A stretch of DNA of 64,000 bases from Minisyncoccota bacterium (GCA_040905385.1 JBBDRP010000002.1:226292-290291), one strand, 5' to 3'; positions 39,769 through 50,799 are shown, numbered from the stretch's first letter. Notes: generated by a model not told the origin, from the letters alone. Translations and numbers: made by a program.

Positions 39769-41481
39769 CTATCGGCTGGCTTTTTCGGCATTGGTCTGGT
39801 CGTCATCCAGAAATATATTCCAGAGTTTTGTGGTACTGGTATGCCAGTCAGTAATGCGGGCAAAGCGGTCGGATGGTGTGGTGATTGGTGGAATGGCGGC
39901 ATTTCTTATGTTGTCGGGAAGTATGTAGATGAAGCTAGGGCTGTAGACAAAGCTGGCGGGTTGGTCGTCTGTGATTGTTTCGGTAATCTCACTCTGCAGG
40001 TTATCGCGAACCACAGTGGAGGTGGCAACGCGCCACTGGGAAAGCGCATCATCAATGCTGGAGTTGGTGTATATTGCAAGATTTAGCCCGGGATCATCCT
40101 GACCACTGGAGTGCCAGAATGGGTAGAGGTCGCCGCTCTGGTTGATAACCTGACCGAAAAGCAGCGCTTCGTAATCTCGTGGACGAATAATACTCTGTGT
40201 TAATTCATTTACTGGCAGCGTAGTGACCGTAACCGAGACACCGATATCCTCCCAGCTTTCAGCGATGCGGTTAGCGGTCTCCTGAAGCGCTGGAATTGCT
40301 GCTGTGGTCAGCTCGATCGATAGCGTTTCGCCATCTTCATTGACCCGTGTATCGCCAGATTCTTCCCACCCAGCCGTTGTTAATGTTTCCCTAGCTGCTC
40401 TGATGGTTGAGGAACTTACTTCCTCAGCTGGACGAATACTTGGTAGCGGTCCGTCAAGTGGTTTACCGTATCCGTACAGAGCCTCCTGGATAATTTCTCT
40501 GCGTGGAATCACGGAATCCAGCGCTCGGCGCAGATCTGCCTCAACCAGCACCTCATTGTTGTTCTGGTTGTAGTAAATGGCGAATACTCGGTTCAGCGAT
40601 TTGCTGACTATCTGTGTGTTATTAGTATTCAGCTCATCTACAGCGTGTGGGTCAGCACCATAAAAGCCATCAATATCTTCAGAACGGAAGGCGTCAGTAA
40701 CTGCGTTGGCATCAGTGAAAAAGGAAAGCGAGACACGTTTTATATACGGGGTACTGTGGTACGTCTCGGCAGCAGTTAGATCGTAACGGTTCGGAATTCC
40801 TTCTTCGTTGCGAATAATGTCAGCTACCTGGTACGGTCCGGCACCAACCGGTCGGACATTAAGGCTCGAGAAAGAGATTGAACTGATGGTTTCATTCTCC
40901 CAAAGATGGGCGGGTAGAATACCGATACGAGCTGTATACGGAAAGCTTGTAAATGGCTGCGAAAGATTGAAGGCGACAGTCTTATCGTCAATTACCTCGA
41001 CACTGATACTGTTCCAGTCGGACTGTTGTGGGCTATTGACCACCGGGTCTTGAATCAGGGAGATGGTGAAGGCAATATCCTCGGCCGTCACCGGCTGCCC
41101 ATCATGAAAGACAGCATCATCACGGATAGTAAAGGTGTAGGTCTCGCCGTTCTCTGAGACCTCCATAGCTTCTGCTAGGTCAAGCGTAATGTCACCGCTG
41201 GTGGTGAGTTTCGTAAGTCCGGCGTGTACTAGTGCTGACAGGTCGCGGTCGGCGTCACTGCGGGCCAGAACTGGATTAATATACTGTGGGAAGCCGACAA
41301 TGCCTTCATGATAGTGACCACCCCGAGTTGGGATAACGGTAGAGGCATTATCTTGTAACTGGTTTAGTAGCCCCATACCACCAAGCGTGACCAGTACAAC
41401 CAGCACTGAAAACACTACCAGCTCGAGTGGAGAGAGATTGTGGTAAGCATGACGAAGTTGGCTGTAAAGGGGTATTTCCAT
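39769..41481 (-). CDS. ABC transporter substrate-binding protein, family 5 (peptide/nickel), N-terminal TM anchor
   Basis: EGIVGFPQYINPVL, TYTFTIRDDAVFHDGQPVTAEDIAFTI, PVGAGPY, DLYPFWHSS. Confidence 0.9.
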   Translation of the reverse strand: MEIPLYSQLRHAYHNLSPLELVVFSVLVVLVTLGGMGLLNQLQDNASTVIPTRGGHYHEGIVGFPQYINPVLARSDADRDLSALVHAGLTKLTTSGDITLDLAEAMEVSENGETYTFTIRDDAVFHDGQPVTAEDIAFTISLIQDPVVNSPQQSDWNSISVEVIDDKTVAFNLSQPFTSFPYTARIGILPAHLWENETISSISFSSLNVRPVGAGPYQVADIIRNEEGIPNRYDLTAAETYHSTPYIKRVSLSFFTDANAVTDAFRSEDIDGFYGADPHAVDELNTNNTQIVSKSLNRVFAIYYNQNNNEVLVEADLRRALDSVIPRREIIQEALYGYGKPLDGPLPSIRPAEEVSSSTIRAARETLTTAGWEESGDTRVNEDGETLSIELTTAAIPALQETANRIAESWEDIGVSVTVTTLPVNELTQSIIRPRDYEALLFGQVINQSGDLYPFWHSSGQDDPGLNLAIYTNSSIDDALSQWRVATSTVVRDNLQSEITETITDDQPASFVYSPSFIYILPDNIRNAAIPPITTPSDRFARITDWHTSTTKLWNIFLDDDQTNAEKASR

Positions 41482-41520
41482 GTGTATATAAGGAGAGTGG
41501 TTTTCTATGCAGTTTGACTG

Positions 41521-41742
41521 CTAGATAAGAAAGCTAATGAAGGATGCTAAGGCAAAAAGAATCGCGATAACAATCGTGGCTTTGAATAGGGTTTTATCGA
41601 AGCCGCGTCGTGTACGACCACCTCCACCGGAATCTCCACCACCAAATACGGCACCCAGACTAGCGTCTGTTTGTTGCATTAGTATGGCTGTCACAAGAAT
41701 GACAGACAGGAATATTTGGATGTAGGGAAGAATGGAGCTCAT
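41521..41742 (-). CDS. secG: Preprotein translocase subunit SecG
   Basis: Two TM segments around ILMQQ...LGAVFGG...RTRRGFDKTLFKAT. Confidence 0.9.
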   Translation of the reverse strand: MSSILPYIQIFLSVILVTAILMQQTDASLGAVFGGGDSGGGGRTRRGFDKTLFKATIVIAILFALASFISFLI

Positions 41743-42158
41743 AGCGTTCACGTAGGTAGTATTGTAGCAGATGTGAATTTATTTACAACAGCGGTCGTTC
41801 GCACTCCTCCTTTGTGTGCGCACGAATAAACCACGCATTACGCGTGGTTTTTCTCTGCTCGTCCCGCTTTAGCGGGACTGTGCAAGGCTTCACAAAGGAG
41901 AGTACTCACTTAGTAGTACATTTCCAATCTTTTGTAATATAAATAGATTCAGGAAGGAGGTGCGCATATTACGTATTTATAAGCCTGCAATTTTAATTGC
42001 AGGCGCTCTTAAAGCGAACCCACTCCTTCTCAGCTACCTCTCGGAGGCTGATTTGCTCGGTTTCTTCTTTTTGAAGAAAAATCAGCCGAGAGTGAGCGCA
42101 ATTTCTCGCTGGAGAAATTGACGCGTGTATGCTGAGAAGGTAGTGGGTGAGCGCCCAC

Positions 42159-42187
42159 TTGAAACGGAAGAGCGTGGCGCGTATAAT
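42159..42187 (+). promoter_or_regulatory. Sigma70-type promoter of groESL
   Basis: TTGAAA-17 bp-TATAAT. Confidence 0.7.
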
Positions 42188-42290
42188 GTGCCTGCACTAA
42201 TGAATTCTGTAGTTGACAGTGCAGCCACTATATCGACCGCGTGTGGTCGGTAATTTATGATTATTAAAGACGTTAAAAATACAAAAAACT

Positions 42291-42617
42291 ATGGCAAAGA
42301 AAAAGAATCCTGTTGGAATTAAACCGCTTGCCGACCGAGTCTTGATACGAGAAGAGACGGCAGACGAAGGAGAGAAAAAGACGGAGTCAGGAATCATCAT
42401 TCCAGATACGGTTGGCGATGACAACGCTCGTGGTGCTAATCGCGGTGAAGTTGTGGCAGTTGGTGACGGAAAGGTTGATGACGATGGAAAGAAGCTCGAG
42501 ATTCCCGTAAAGGCTGGCGACATTGTTATCTTTAGCTGGGGTGAGCAGCTAACGATTGATGAGATTGATTACCACCTTGTTGATCAGAGCAATATTCTTG
42601 CAGTAGTTGAGGGGTAG
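42291..42617 (+). CDS. groES: Co-chaperonin GroES
   Basis: IKPLADRVLI, KTESGIIIPDT, GEVVAVGDG; directly upstream of groEL. Confidence 0.97.
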   Translation: MAKKKNPVGIKPLADRVLIREETADEGEKKTESGIIIPDTVGDDNARGANRGEVVAVGDGKVDDDGKKLEIPVKAGDIVIFSWGEQLTIDEIDYHLVDQSNILAVVEG

Positions 42618-42651
42618 AGGTTTATTATTTCTAATCTAAATCATATTTACT

Positions 42652-44304
42652 ATGTCTAAAAACGTTATCTTTCATGAGGAGGCACGTCAGAAGCTGATGG
42701 CTGGAATCGACAAGGTTGCGAATGCGGTAAAGGTGACGATTGGTCCGCGTGGACGCAATGTTGTACTGGATAAGGGCTACGGAGCGCCGACCATTACTAA
42801 TGATGGAGTTTCCATTGCTAAGGAAATTTCGCTCAAGAACAAGTTCGAAAACATGGGGGCCGAGATTATCAAGGAGGTAGCCGAGAAGACCAACACGGCA
42901 GCTGGTGACGGAACCTCGACAGCCACGATTCTGGCTCACGCCATTATGACCGAGGGGCTGAAGCGAACAACGCTCGGTGCCAATGCAATGGTGATTCGTG
43001 AGGGTATCGAGGAGGCCGCTCGTGACGCGGTAGAGGAGCTAATGAAGACGGCGACCAATGTACGCGGTGACGACATTCAGCGTGTGGCAGCTATCGCTGC
43101 CGAGAGCGAGAAGCTTGGTGAAATCATTGCCGACACGATGGAGAAGGTCGGCAAGGACGGTGTGGTGACGGTAGAGGAGTCACGTACCACCGGACTGTCT
43201 TCGGAGGTGGTTGAGGGACTAGAGTTTGATAAAGGATTTGTGTCACCGTACATGGTGACCGATTCAGAACGTATGGAGGCGGTGTATGAAGACACGGCGG
43301 TGCTGGTAACCGACCAGAAGATCTCAAGTGCTAAGGATATTCTACCACTGCTGGAGAGTCTGGCACAGGGAGGCCAAAAGGAGCTGGTGATTATCGCTGA
43401 TGATATTGAGGGCGAGGCACTAGCGACGTTTGTGGTTAACAAGCTTCGCGGTGGATTTAACGTGCTGGCTATCGAAGCACCTGGGTTTGGTGACGCCAAG
43501 AAGGATCGACTCGAGGATATTGCGACGGTCGTTGGTGCGCAGGTTATCTCAGAAGATCGTGGACACTCGCTGGACAAGGCAACCGAGTCAATGCTCGGAA
43601 AGGCCGGAAAGATTATTGCCTCAGAAGACAAGACAACCATCGTAGGAGGCGCAGGAACCAAGAAGGATATCGAGGCCCGTGCCGAGAAACTTCGCACGCA
43701 GGCCGAGCATGCTGATGCATCTTATGCTCGTGAGAAGCTCGAAAAGCGTGCCGCTGCATTGACCGGTGGAGTGGCGGTAATCCGGGTTGGTGCTGCTACC
43801 GAGACCGAGATGAAGTATCTCAAGCTGAAGATCGAGGATGCGGTGAATGCTACCAAGGCCGCTATTGAAGAAGGGGTCGTTGATGGTGGTGGAGCCGCGT
43901 TGGTAAAGATTGGCAAGAAGCTTCGCGACAAGCTCGAGAAGATGGATGCCAATGATGATCACAAGGTTGGGTACATGATTCTTACCCGCGCGCTGGACGC
44001 ACCGTTCAAGCAGATTGTTCAGAACGCCGGAAATGAAGAGGCGTCGGCCGTGCTGCATGACGTTCGTATCGGCAAAAAAGGATACGATGCCAAGAACAAC
44101 GTGATTGTAGACAACATCTCCTCAGCTGGAATTATTGATCCGGCTAAGGTGGTGCGAACGGGAATCGAGAACGCTGCCTCTGCAGCCGCAATTCTCCTGA
44201 CTACGGAGGCGGCAGTTGCTGAAGACCCAGACGATGATGATGATCAGCAGGGTGGCGGTGGCATGCCGGGTGGAATGGGTGGCGGTATGCCGGGTATGAT
44301 GTAG
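42652..44304 (+). CDS. groEL: Chaperonin GroEL
   Basis: [34 protein letters not shown]-repeat C-terminal tail. Confidence 0.99.
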   Translation: MSKNVIFHEEARQKLMAGIDKVANAVKVTIGPRGRNVVLDKGYGAPTITNDGVSIAKEISLKNKFENMGAEIIKEVAEKTNTAAGDGTSTATILAHAIMTEGLKRTTLGANAMVIREGIEEAARDAVEELMKTATNVRGDDIQRVAAIAAESEKLGEIIADTMEKVGKDGVVTVEESRTTGLSSEVVEGLEFDKGFVSPYMVTDSERMEAVYEDTAVLVTDQKISSAKDILPLLESLAQGGQKELVIIADDIEGEALATFVVNKLRGGFNVLAIEAPGFGDAKKDRLEDIATVVGAQVISEDRGHSLDKATESMLGKAGKIIASEDKTTIVGGAGTKKDIEARAEKLRTQAEHADASYAREKLEKRAAALTGGVAVIRVGAATETEMKYLKLKIEDAVNATKAAIEEGVVDGGGAALVKIGKKLRDKLEKMDANDDHKVGYMILTRALDAPFKQIVQNAGNEEASAVLHDVRIGKKGYDAKNNVIVDNISSAGIIDPAKVVRTGIENAASAAAILLTTEAAVAEDPDDDDDQQGGGGMPGGMGGGMPGMM

Positions 44305-44362
44305 TAAAAATCTATGGCGGACAGTGATCCGCAGACACTCTTGCGCGCTTGAGCGCTTCGAG

Positions 44363-44392
44363 AAAGCCACCGTCTCTGCGACGGCGGCTTTT
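44363..44392 (+). terminator. Terminator after groEL
   Basis: aaagccaccgtc-tctgc-gacggcggctttt. Confidence 0.65.
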
Positions 44393-44766
44393 GTTATTAA
44401 ACTATCTACAACAGATAGTGATGGGAGAACGTAGTTGACGGCTTGAGCCGTTGGATTGATTGGTAGTCGAGCCAGGAAAGCCGCCAGCACTCCGCCAGTC
44501 GGAGCACTGGCTTATAACCGAATGGTTTGGGAAAATAGCCGTCTCCTGGACGGTCATTTTTGTTATCGGATAACCAGTAAGGTTTTACACTGGAAACCAC
44601 AAAATCTGCGGAAGGTCTTACAGAAAGCAGGTACTCGTTCGTATTGCGAAAAGACCGCCGGTTGACGGTCTTTTTTTAATGGAGGGTATTAATTGACATA
44701 AGATATATATAAATGTAAAGTAAAAATAGAAACTAAAATGTTAATTCTTTAGAAACGGAGGCCATC

Positions 44767-45357
44767 ATGGCCAATATCCTAATAGTAGAAGGCGACAGCC
44801 GTCAAGTGAAGTCGGCGATTGATCATCTAGGTGAAAAGAATGAACTTGTCATATTAAACTGTGACTATACTGGTTTTGTTAGTCTTGAACTGTTTGATTT
44901 CATTCTTATTGACTTACTAAAAACCAGACTTCCTGATCCGGATTATTACAGGTTTGGAAGAGAGAGGATGATTTTCAAGGAAGCTTTTAATCTTCTCGAT
45001 AGATTAGTCATACGAGGAATTGCTTTTGTTGGTAATCCTTGTAATCCAGAAGAAAAGTTTAATAAAGATGTTCTTTCACTTTTTGCTAGATCGTACAAGT
45101 TTTGCTTTCCTAATCCTCCTAGATATGAACACTTCCGTGCAATATCTTCTAGGGGAGAAAAGTCTGAGCTGAGAAATTCTCTAGTTATGTTTAATCACAT
45201 GATTGATGAATATAAATACCTATTGACTCCGGAGGGTAATAGACTAAGAACAGCTTCATTATCTTTAGATCAAATAAGTGATCTTTGTTACAACAAAGAT
45301 CATGTTCCAGAAATACCTTGGAAGGAGGTTGTCCACGCTCTTGAACTTCCAAAATAA
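44767..45357 (+). CDS. Hypothetical AT-rich protein with a receiver-domain-like N-terminus
   Basis: MANILIVEGD start; GGAGG RBS; upstream TTGACA-17-TAAAGT; terminator at 45374-45405. Confidence 0.6.
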   Translation: MANILIVEGDSRQVKSAIDHLGEKNELVILNCDYTGFVSLELFDFILIDLLKTRLPDPDYYRFGRERMIFKEAFNLLDRLVIRGIAFVGNPCNPEEKFNKDVLSLFARSYKFCFPNPPRYEHFRAISSRGEKSELRNSLVMFNHMIDEYKYLLTPEGNRLRTASLSLDQISDLCYNKDHVPEIPWKEVVHALELPK

Positions 45358-45422
45358 TCACAAAATTAAAATTAAAAGCCAACCGAGCTTCTTGGTTGGC
45401 TTTTTAATATGCTACTCTTGAG

Positions 45423-45962
45423 ATGTATAAAGATTATCCGCTTAAGATTAAAAAGCATATGCGTCGATTATCGAACAAAGCCATTATCACCACGTCGTTT
45501 GGCCGTATTTTTTCTTCAATTTTTGTCGTTCCTGGGTTACGCATGCTTCTTGCAAATATTCAAGAAACAACCTCGGAAGAAATACTCTCTTCTGGATTGA
45601 CTCTTGCGATTACCATAGCCTTGTTTCTACTCGTGATTGTTTACTCGGTTTTGTGGGTCAGGTGGTATTACTACGAGGTCGCTCCAGATGAATTCAAGAA
45701 GGAGTATGGTGTTATTTCTAAAAGCTACACTTCAATTCCCTACAGCCGTATTCAGAATGTGAACATCGAACGAAGTCTACTGGAACGAATGCTGGGAATC
45801 TCAACACTGCAGATCCAGACAGCTGGAACTGGAATGATTCAAGCTGAGGGAAGAGTTCCTGGAATTGAAAAGGATACTGCCGAAGAAGTTCGTGAGGCAA
45901 TTCTTAGCAAATCACGCAGCGGTCGACAAGCTGGGCAGGGAGTCCCTGAACCGGGAGTTTAA
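45423..45962 (+). CDS. Membrane protein with bacterial PH domain (bPH_2, YdbS-like)
   Basis: Two TMs followed by YGVISKSYTSIPYSRIQNVNIERSLLERMLGISTLQIQTAG; start could be 45459. Confidence 0.85.
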   Translation: MYKDYPLKIKKHMRRLSNKAIITTSFGRIFSSIFVVPGLRMLLANIQETTSEEILSSGLTLAITIALFLLVIVYSVLWVRWYYYEVAPDEFKKEYGVISKSYTSIPYSRIQNVNIERSLLERMLGISTLQIQTAGTGMIQAEGRVPGIEKDTAEEVREAILSKSRSGRQAGQGVPEPGV

Positions 45963-46071
45963 ACAGTCATGATACAAGTCACGCATGTAAAAGACCGCCA
46001 CTCAGCGGTCTTTTGTTATTCAATTCAGACATACTCCGGATACTTATTGTGAGGATGGTGGAGGTATCCAA

Positions 46072-46347
46072 TTAGGAGCAGCAAAATGACTGTACGAAAA
46101 AAAGATCGTACAAGCCACCAACAAGAGCAATTATAAAAAGGCCAATCAATCCCCATTTGGCGTACTTGCCGTATCTGCTTTTATCCTTGTCAGTAAAAAT
46201 TTTTGTATAGAGGTATGAACCGAAGCCAAACAGTGTCATGCAGATTCCCACAAATGCGAGCAGCGGTTGTAGCTGATAAACGCTTGATATCAGGACAATA
46301 ATCGCAAAAGAGATAATCCCTAATACTGTACGAGTGGTTTGTGTCAT
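46072..46347 (-). CDS. Small membrane protein (3 TM)
   Basis: Hydrophobic ORF; KYAKWGLIGLFIIALVGG resembles the TrbC/VirB2-like pilin segments common in CPR. Confidence 0.55.
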   Translation of the reverse strand: MTQTTRTVLGIISFAIIVLISSVYQLQPLLAFVGICMTLFGFGSYLYTKIFTDKDKSRYGKYAKWGLIGLFIIALVGGLYDLFFVQSFCCS

Positions 46348-46451
46348 GTATATATACTACTATCCACCAAGGTCAGAAATCACTACATAGGTCTAACCTC
46401 TGTAAATTTCCCAGAGTCTTTCATGTGGGCGTGATATACTATATTCATACT

Positions 46452-48074
46452 ATGCCTTCTGGATTAAATTCTAACGCTGGCTTCGCTGCTCTTTCAATTG
46501 TGCTGTTTATTGGTGGTATCATCGCCGCTAGTACGGTTGGTTACGTTGGCTACCAGGTCCTACAGGAGGATCAGCCGACTGAGAGTATGGCGACGACCAG
46601 TGATTTTTATACTGAAGACAGGGCAGCGACATCCAGCTCATCCGTTCTGGATTTCTGGAAGACATACCGCAACGATGAGCATGGTTTTTCGTTGCGGTAC
46701 CCAGAGATATACGGTGATTTTAAAGATGTCGATGGATGGGCACATGATTCGGAACTAGAATCGTTTCAAACCCAGGCTTCTGGTTACCCAAATTTTTCCG
46801 TTAAAATTCATGACATAGATACGTTTGCAGCCGGAGCGGATGTTGGCGGCACGTGGCCGCATTACTATATTTCCGAGGAAGATCGTTGGATTGCCCGATC
46901 TAGCAACGCCACATCATCACCGTCCACTGGAGACAGTGTTGGGTATACCGCATCTGGTCACAAAGTATACTTTTTTGAGACAGCCAATATACCGAGTCGA
47001 AAAGAAACCTACGCCATTCCTGTACCGGATCAAAATCTGATGGTCGAATTGAGTTTTCTATACAACACTGTTCAAGAAAGTTCTTCATATACGACAGAAG
47101 ATGTTGATAGAGAAAAAATATTCTCATCCTTTGATTTTTACGCCGATATTTCCGCTACATCTGAATCTGATTCATGGCAGACGTACCGGAATGGAGAGTA
47201 CGGTTTTTCTTTCCAGTATCCAGAAGACTGGCGGGTGAGCACCGGCGAATCAGAAGGAAAAGATGAAGTGGTGGTACGAGTTGTGAATCCTGAATATGCC
47301 GGTGCTTCGGATACTGATATCCCGGCTGAGCAGTTTCTTGTGCGTAAAAAAAGCCCACAAGACTGCCAATTCGGGGAGTTAACAAAGATCAAAGGCAGGA
47401 ATGCCTTTGATACCGGTTGGGCCGAAAGTAGATTTACCGGACTTCCGCAGCGTGATATATGCTTTGATGTTGCAGATACTGGAACGTCAGAAAGAGATGC
47501 AGAGATAAAGATATCACTGAGTGGACGGAATGAGGCTTCAGTAAATACAATGAATAGAATTCTGAATTCTTTCGACTTTACTGCTATACCAGATATTCCG
47601 TTAACACTCCATGATATTGATGTGCAGTACACAGATAAATTACTGAATAATTCGGAATTTACGAAAGAAATTAATGTTAATACAAACACTACCAATATTA
47701 GTGTTCGAAAACCAATCAAGTTTGCTGTGTGGAATAGGGTTGGAACAGATGATGAACCATTGGCAGTAATTAATTTATTGTATGAGGTTAAAGACAGTAC
47801 TCCTACTGGATATGAGATAATTCTATTTGATATTGATGCCGGTAATAATATTTCTAATCCGACAAAGATTGATTCTGGTTATACAGCAGGTAGTTACAGC
47901 CAGAACTCTGAATCTTTTTCGCTTAATGCTATTGATACACAGGGACATTTTTCAATTAATCTCGAAGTTCGTATACCTGAGATCGTTGCTGGTAGTGATC
48001 AGGTTAGATATATCGAAAAAGAGTTTAGTTACATGAATGAAGATGTTGTTACTGTCAGTAGTAATGAGGATTAA
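46452..48074 (+). CDS. Surface protein with pilin-like N-terminus and two PsbP-like repeats
   Basis: NAGFAALSIVLFIGGIIA class III signal-like start; WKTYRNDEHGFSLRYP and WQTYRNGEYGFSFQYP repeats; ATG 46452 after a TATACT box. Confidence 0.75.
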   Translation: MPSGLNSNAGFAALSIVLFIGGIIAASTVGYVGYQVLQEDQPTESMATTSDFYTEDRAATSSSSVLDFWKTYRNDEHGFSLRYPEIYGDFKDVDGWAHDSELESFQTQASGYPNFSVKIHDIDTFAAGADVGGTWPHYYISEEDRWIARSSNATSSPSTGDSVGYTASGHKVYFFETANIPSRKETYAIPVPDQNLMVELSFLYNTVQESSSYTTEDVDREKIFSSFDFYADISATSESDSWQTYRNGEYGFSFQYPEDWRVSTGESEGKDEVVVRVVNPEYAGASDTDIPAEQFLVRKKSPQDCQFGELTKIKGRNAFDTGWAESRFTGLPQRDICFDVADTGTSERDAEIKISLSGRNEASVNTMNRILNSFDFTAIPDIPLTLHDIDVQYTDKLLNNSEFTKEINVNTNTTNISVRKPIKFAVWNRVGTDDEPLAVINLLYEVKDSTPTGYEIILFDIDAGNNISNPTKIDSGYTAGSYSQNSESFSLNAIDTQGHFSINLEVRIPEIVAGSDQVRYIEKEFSYMNEDVVTVSSNED

Positions 48075-48176
48075 TAGTAGTTATACGTATATAGACAGAA
48101 GCTTGTTATGGATAGATAACGATAACTAATATAAAGGTGCTATAATAGAGGTGTATTACCAACTAACGTATTTACT

Positions 48177-48737
48177 ATGTCAACAGCTTTAATTATTATC
48201 ATCGTTCTGTTAGCGGTCCCAGTTCTGTACGGAATCGTCCGTTACAACAGCTTCATCGCCCAAGTTGCTCGTGTTGACGAGGCCTGGGCCGACATCGACG
48301 TGCAGCTCAAGCGTCGCTACGACCTGATTCCGAACCTGATGGACACGGTAAAGGGCTATATGCAGCATGAGCAGGAGACCTTCCAGAAGGTGACCGAAGC
48401 CCGCACGATGGCGATGCAGGCCGGTACGGTTAAAGAGCACGAGGGTGCCGAGAATATGCTTAGCGGCGCCTTGAAGTCACTGTTTGCTGTCTCGGAAAGC
48501 TACCCGGAGCTACGTGCTACCGAGAACTTTCAGAAGTTTCAGGATGAGCTAGCCGACACAGAGAACAAGATTCAGGCAGCTCGACGCTTCTACAACGCCA
48601 ACGTTCGTGACTACAACACTGATGTTGATCAGTTTCCGGCTAACGTAATTGCAAACATGGCTAGTTTCGATAAGCGTGACTTCTTCGAGCTAGAAGAAGA
48701 ATCAGTTGAGCGGGAAAACATAGACGTCGAGTTCTAA
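48177..48737 (+). CDS. lemA: LemA family protein
   Basis: AWADIDVQLKRRYDLIPNL, ESYPELRA, ENKIQAARRFYN. Confidence 0.96.
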   Translation: MSTALIIIIVLLAVPVLYGIVRYNSFIAQVARVDEAWADIDVQLKRRYDLIPNLMDTVKGYMQHEQETFQKVTEARTMAMQAGTVKEHEGAENMLSGALKSLFAVSESYPELRATENFQKFQDELADTENKIQAARRFYNANVRDYNTDVDQFPANVIANMASFDKRDFFELEEESVERENIDVEF

Positions 48738-48986
48738 TCCAGTTTCCTAACTGTAGTTGATTAAACATCAACTCTACGTACGTGATTTAACTATTTATGC
48801 ATATACACGGACGGATAATTTCAGCAAGCCTCATTCTTGGGCTTGCTTTGTTCGTGGGCTATCTGGCAGCTGCCGAGGTTGCTGCTGAGAGGACGTCGAT
48901 TTCCTGCTTCATACCTAATACCTCTTTTTTCTAATTCTCTATAATGGACTTTTTGCCTTACAGTCTTTATACTTTAGACTAATACC

Positions 48987-49886
48987 ATGGCAACACTATA
49001 TGGTGACCAATCGGCGAATAGAAAGAAAACCTGGGCCCTGATGGCCGGTTTCTTGATCGTGATTATTCTGCTTGGTTGGGCGGCTAGCTGGTACTTTAAC
49101 TCGCAGATTATTCTCTTTGTGGCGGTGGGGTTTTCACTGGTCATGAACGGCATCAGCTTCTGGTTTTCACACAAGATTGCGCTCAAGAGTGCCGGTGCGG
49201 AGGAGGCTGACCCGAAGCAGTATCAGGAGCTGCACAATCTTGTCGAGAACCTCTGCATCACCGCTGGTATTCAGAAGCCAGGTGTATACATCATCGAGGA
49301 TCCGTCTCCAAATGCCTTTGCTACCGGGCGTAATGAAGAGACAGCCGCCGTGGCGGTTACAACGGGGCTGCTACAGCTACTGGATCGGTCCGAGCTAGAG
49401 GGAGTGATTGCCCACGAGATTGCCCACATCACCAATCGAGATATCCTGCTGTCCTCGATGGTCGTGGTATTGGTTGGGTTTGTGACGCTGCTTTCTGACT
49501 TTTTTCTGCGCTGGTCGCTTTTCGGTGGCGGTGGTAGTGACAATCGGGCAGGACTTCTCTTCGCTATTGTTGGAATCGCACTGGCAATTCTGTCGCCGAT
49601 TATTGCTATGATTATTCAGCTGGCCATCTCTCGCAAGCGTGAGTTTCTCGCCGATGCTAGTGGGGCACTTTTGACTCGGTATCCGGAGGGGTTAGCAAAT
49701 GCACTACGAAAGATTGATTCATCGGTAAGCGATCGACCACTCAGCCGGGCTAACCACGCGACGGCACATCTGTACTTTGAGAATCCGTACGGGGGAGACG
49801 ACTCAAAAAAAGGATTTCTAACCAAGGCGTTTATGACCCACCCACCGACCAGTGAGCGGATTAATGCTCTGATGAGTCAACAGTAG
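48987..49886 (+). CDS. htpX: M48 zinc metalloprotease HtpX
   Basis: PNAFATGR, HEIAH zinc motif, SRKREFLADA, THPPTSERI; follows lemA. Confidence 0.95.
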   Translation: MATLYGDQSANRKKTWALMAGFLIVIILLGWAASWYFNSQIILFVAVGFSLVMNGISFWFSHKIALKSAGAEEADPKQYQELHNLVENLCITAGIQKPGVYIIEDPSPNAFATGRNEETAAVAVTTGLLQLLDRSELEGVIAHEIAHITNRDILLSSMVVVLVGFVTLLSDFFLRWSLFGGGGSDNRAGLLFAIVGIALAILSPIIAMIIQLAISRKREFLADASGALLTRYPEGLANALRKIDSSVSDRPLSRANHATAHLYFENPYGGDDSKKGFLTKAFMTHPPTSERINALMSQQ

Positions 49887-50471
49887 TGCCGAACATTTGC
49901 CAGAAGAGAAGTAGCGGCTGCCAGTTTTAGTACATGATTATGCAAAAGTTTATTATTCGAGCACGTAAAGGCCTTATTTTTAGCTACAATAAATAGCACA
50001 CAAAACTGTGGATAAGTCTACTTGACTCTGTATACCGTTTTGCTAATATATGTGTACGGGCAAAGACAGAGACATTAAAAATCAAAGTTGAGTCGGTACT
50101 TACGACAACCGCATCACTACGATGCATACACCATACACACCCACTCAACACACACATTTTTAACTCACTCTCAATCTTTCCCACACAACACATATTCATT
50201 TCATTTATAATTCTGCATTTGCAGAATTTTTTTATTACATACAGCTATTGACCGCAAGAGCTAATTAGAATAATATGTGGCTGCTGAGACATAATCCCCT
50301 TTGTTTCAGCAGGTTACCAATACAGGTAATTCCATCCCACACTCCTACGGGCCCGAGCCAGCTAAGCTCGGGCCTTTTTTATTTAATAAAATGAAAACTT
50401 TAGGTATACTGACAGCATACGTAGCATTCATAGAGGGGTGACAGAGTGGATGAAAAAAATATTATTACAGC

Positions 50472-50557
50472 GGAGGGATGACAGAGCGGTCGATTGTGCA
50501 CGCTTGGAAAGCGTGTGTGCGTTCTTCGCACCGCGGGTTCGAATCCCGCTCCCTCCG
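50472..50557 (+). tRNA. tRNA-Ser(GGA)
   Basis: Acceptor GGAGGGA/TCCCTCC, anticodon arm CACGC-TTGGAAA-GCGTG, long variable arm, GGTTCGAATCC; CCA not encoded. Confidence 0.95.
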
Positions 50558-50689
50558 CTGTGGTTGTATTTTTTCGCGCTCTCTGCAGAATTTGAACGAG
50601 TTGGATTTTTAAGGAGAAAAGAAAGCGCATTTCTGCGCTTTCGTGAGGCGTGGTGACGGAAATTTTGAGTCAGCAAAATTATCTGTGAC

Positions 50690-50728
50690 CGAATCCCGCT
50701 CCCTCCGCTGTGGTTGTATTTTTTTCGC
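50690..50728 (+). repeat. Direct repeat of tRNA-Ser 3' end plus trailer (copy of 50540-50577)
   Basis: cgaatcccgctccctccgctgtggttgtatttttt occurs twice, 150 bp apart. Confidence 0.9.
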
Positions 50729-50799
50729 CCCCCTCAGTATTGAATAACCAACAAGTACTTCGTGTGTTTGTTGGTGGTTAAATAGGTATAATTATAAAT

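Noticed and set aside
42188-42290. CIRCE operator before groES
   Set aside because: The tgcact...agtgca inverted repeat does not match TTAGCACTC-N9-GAGTGCTAA in sequence or spacing
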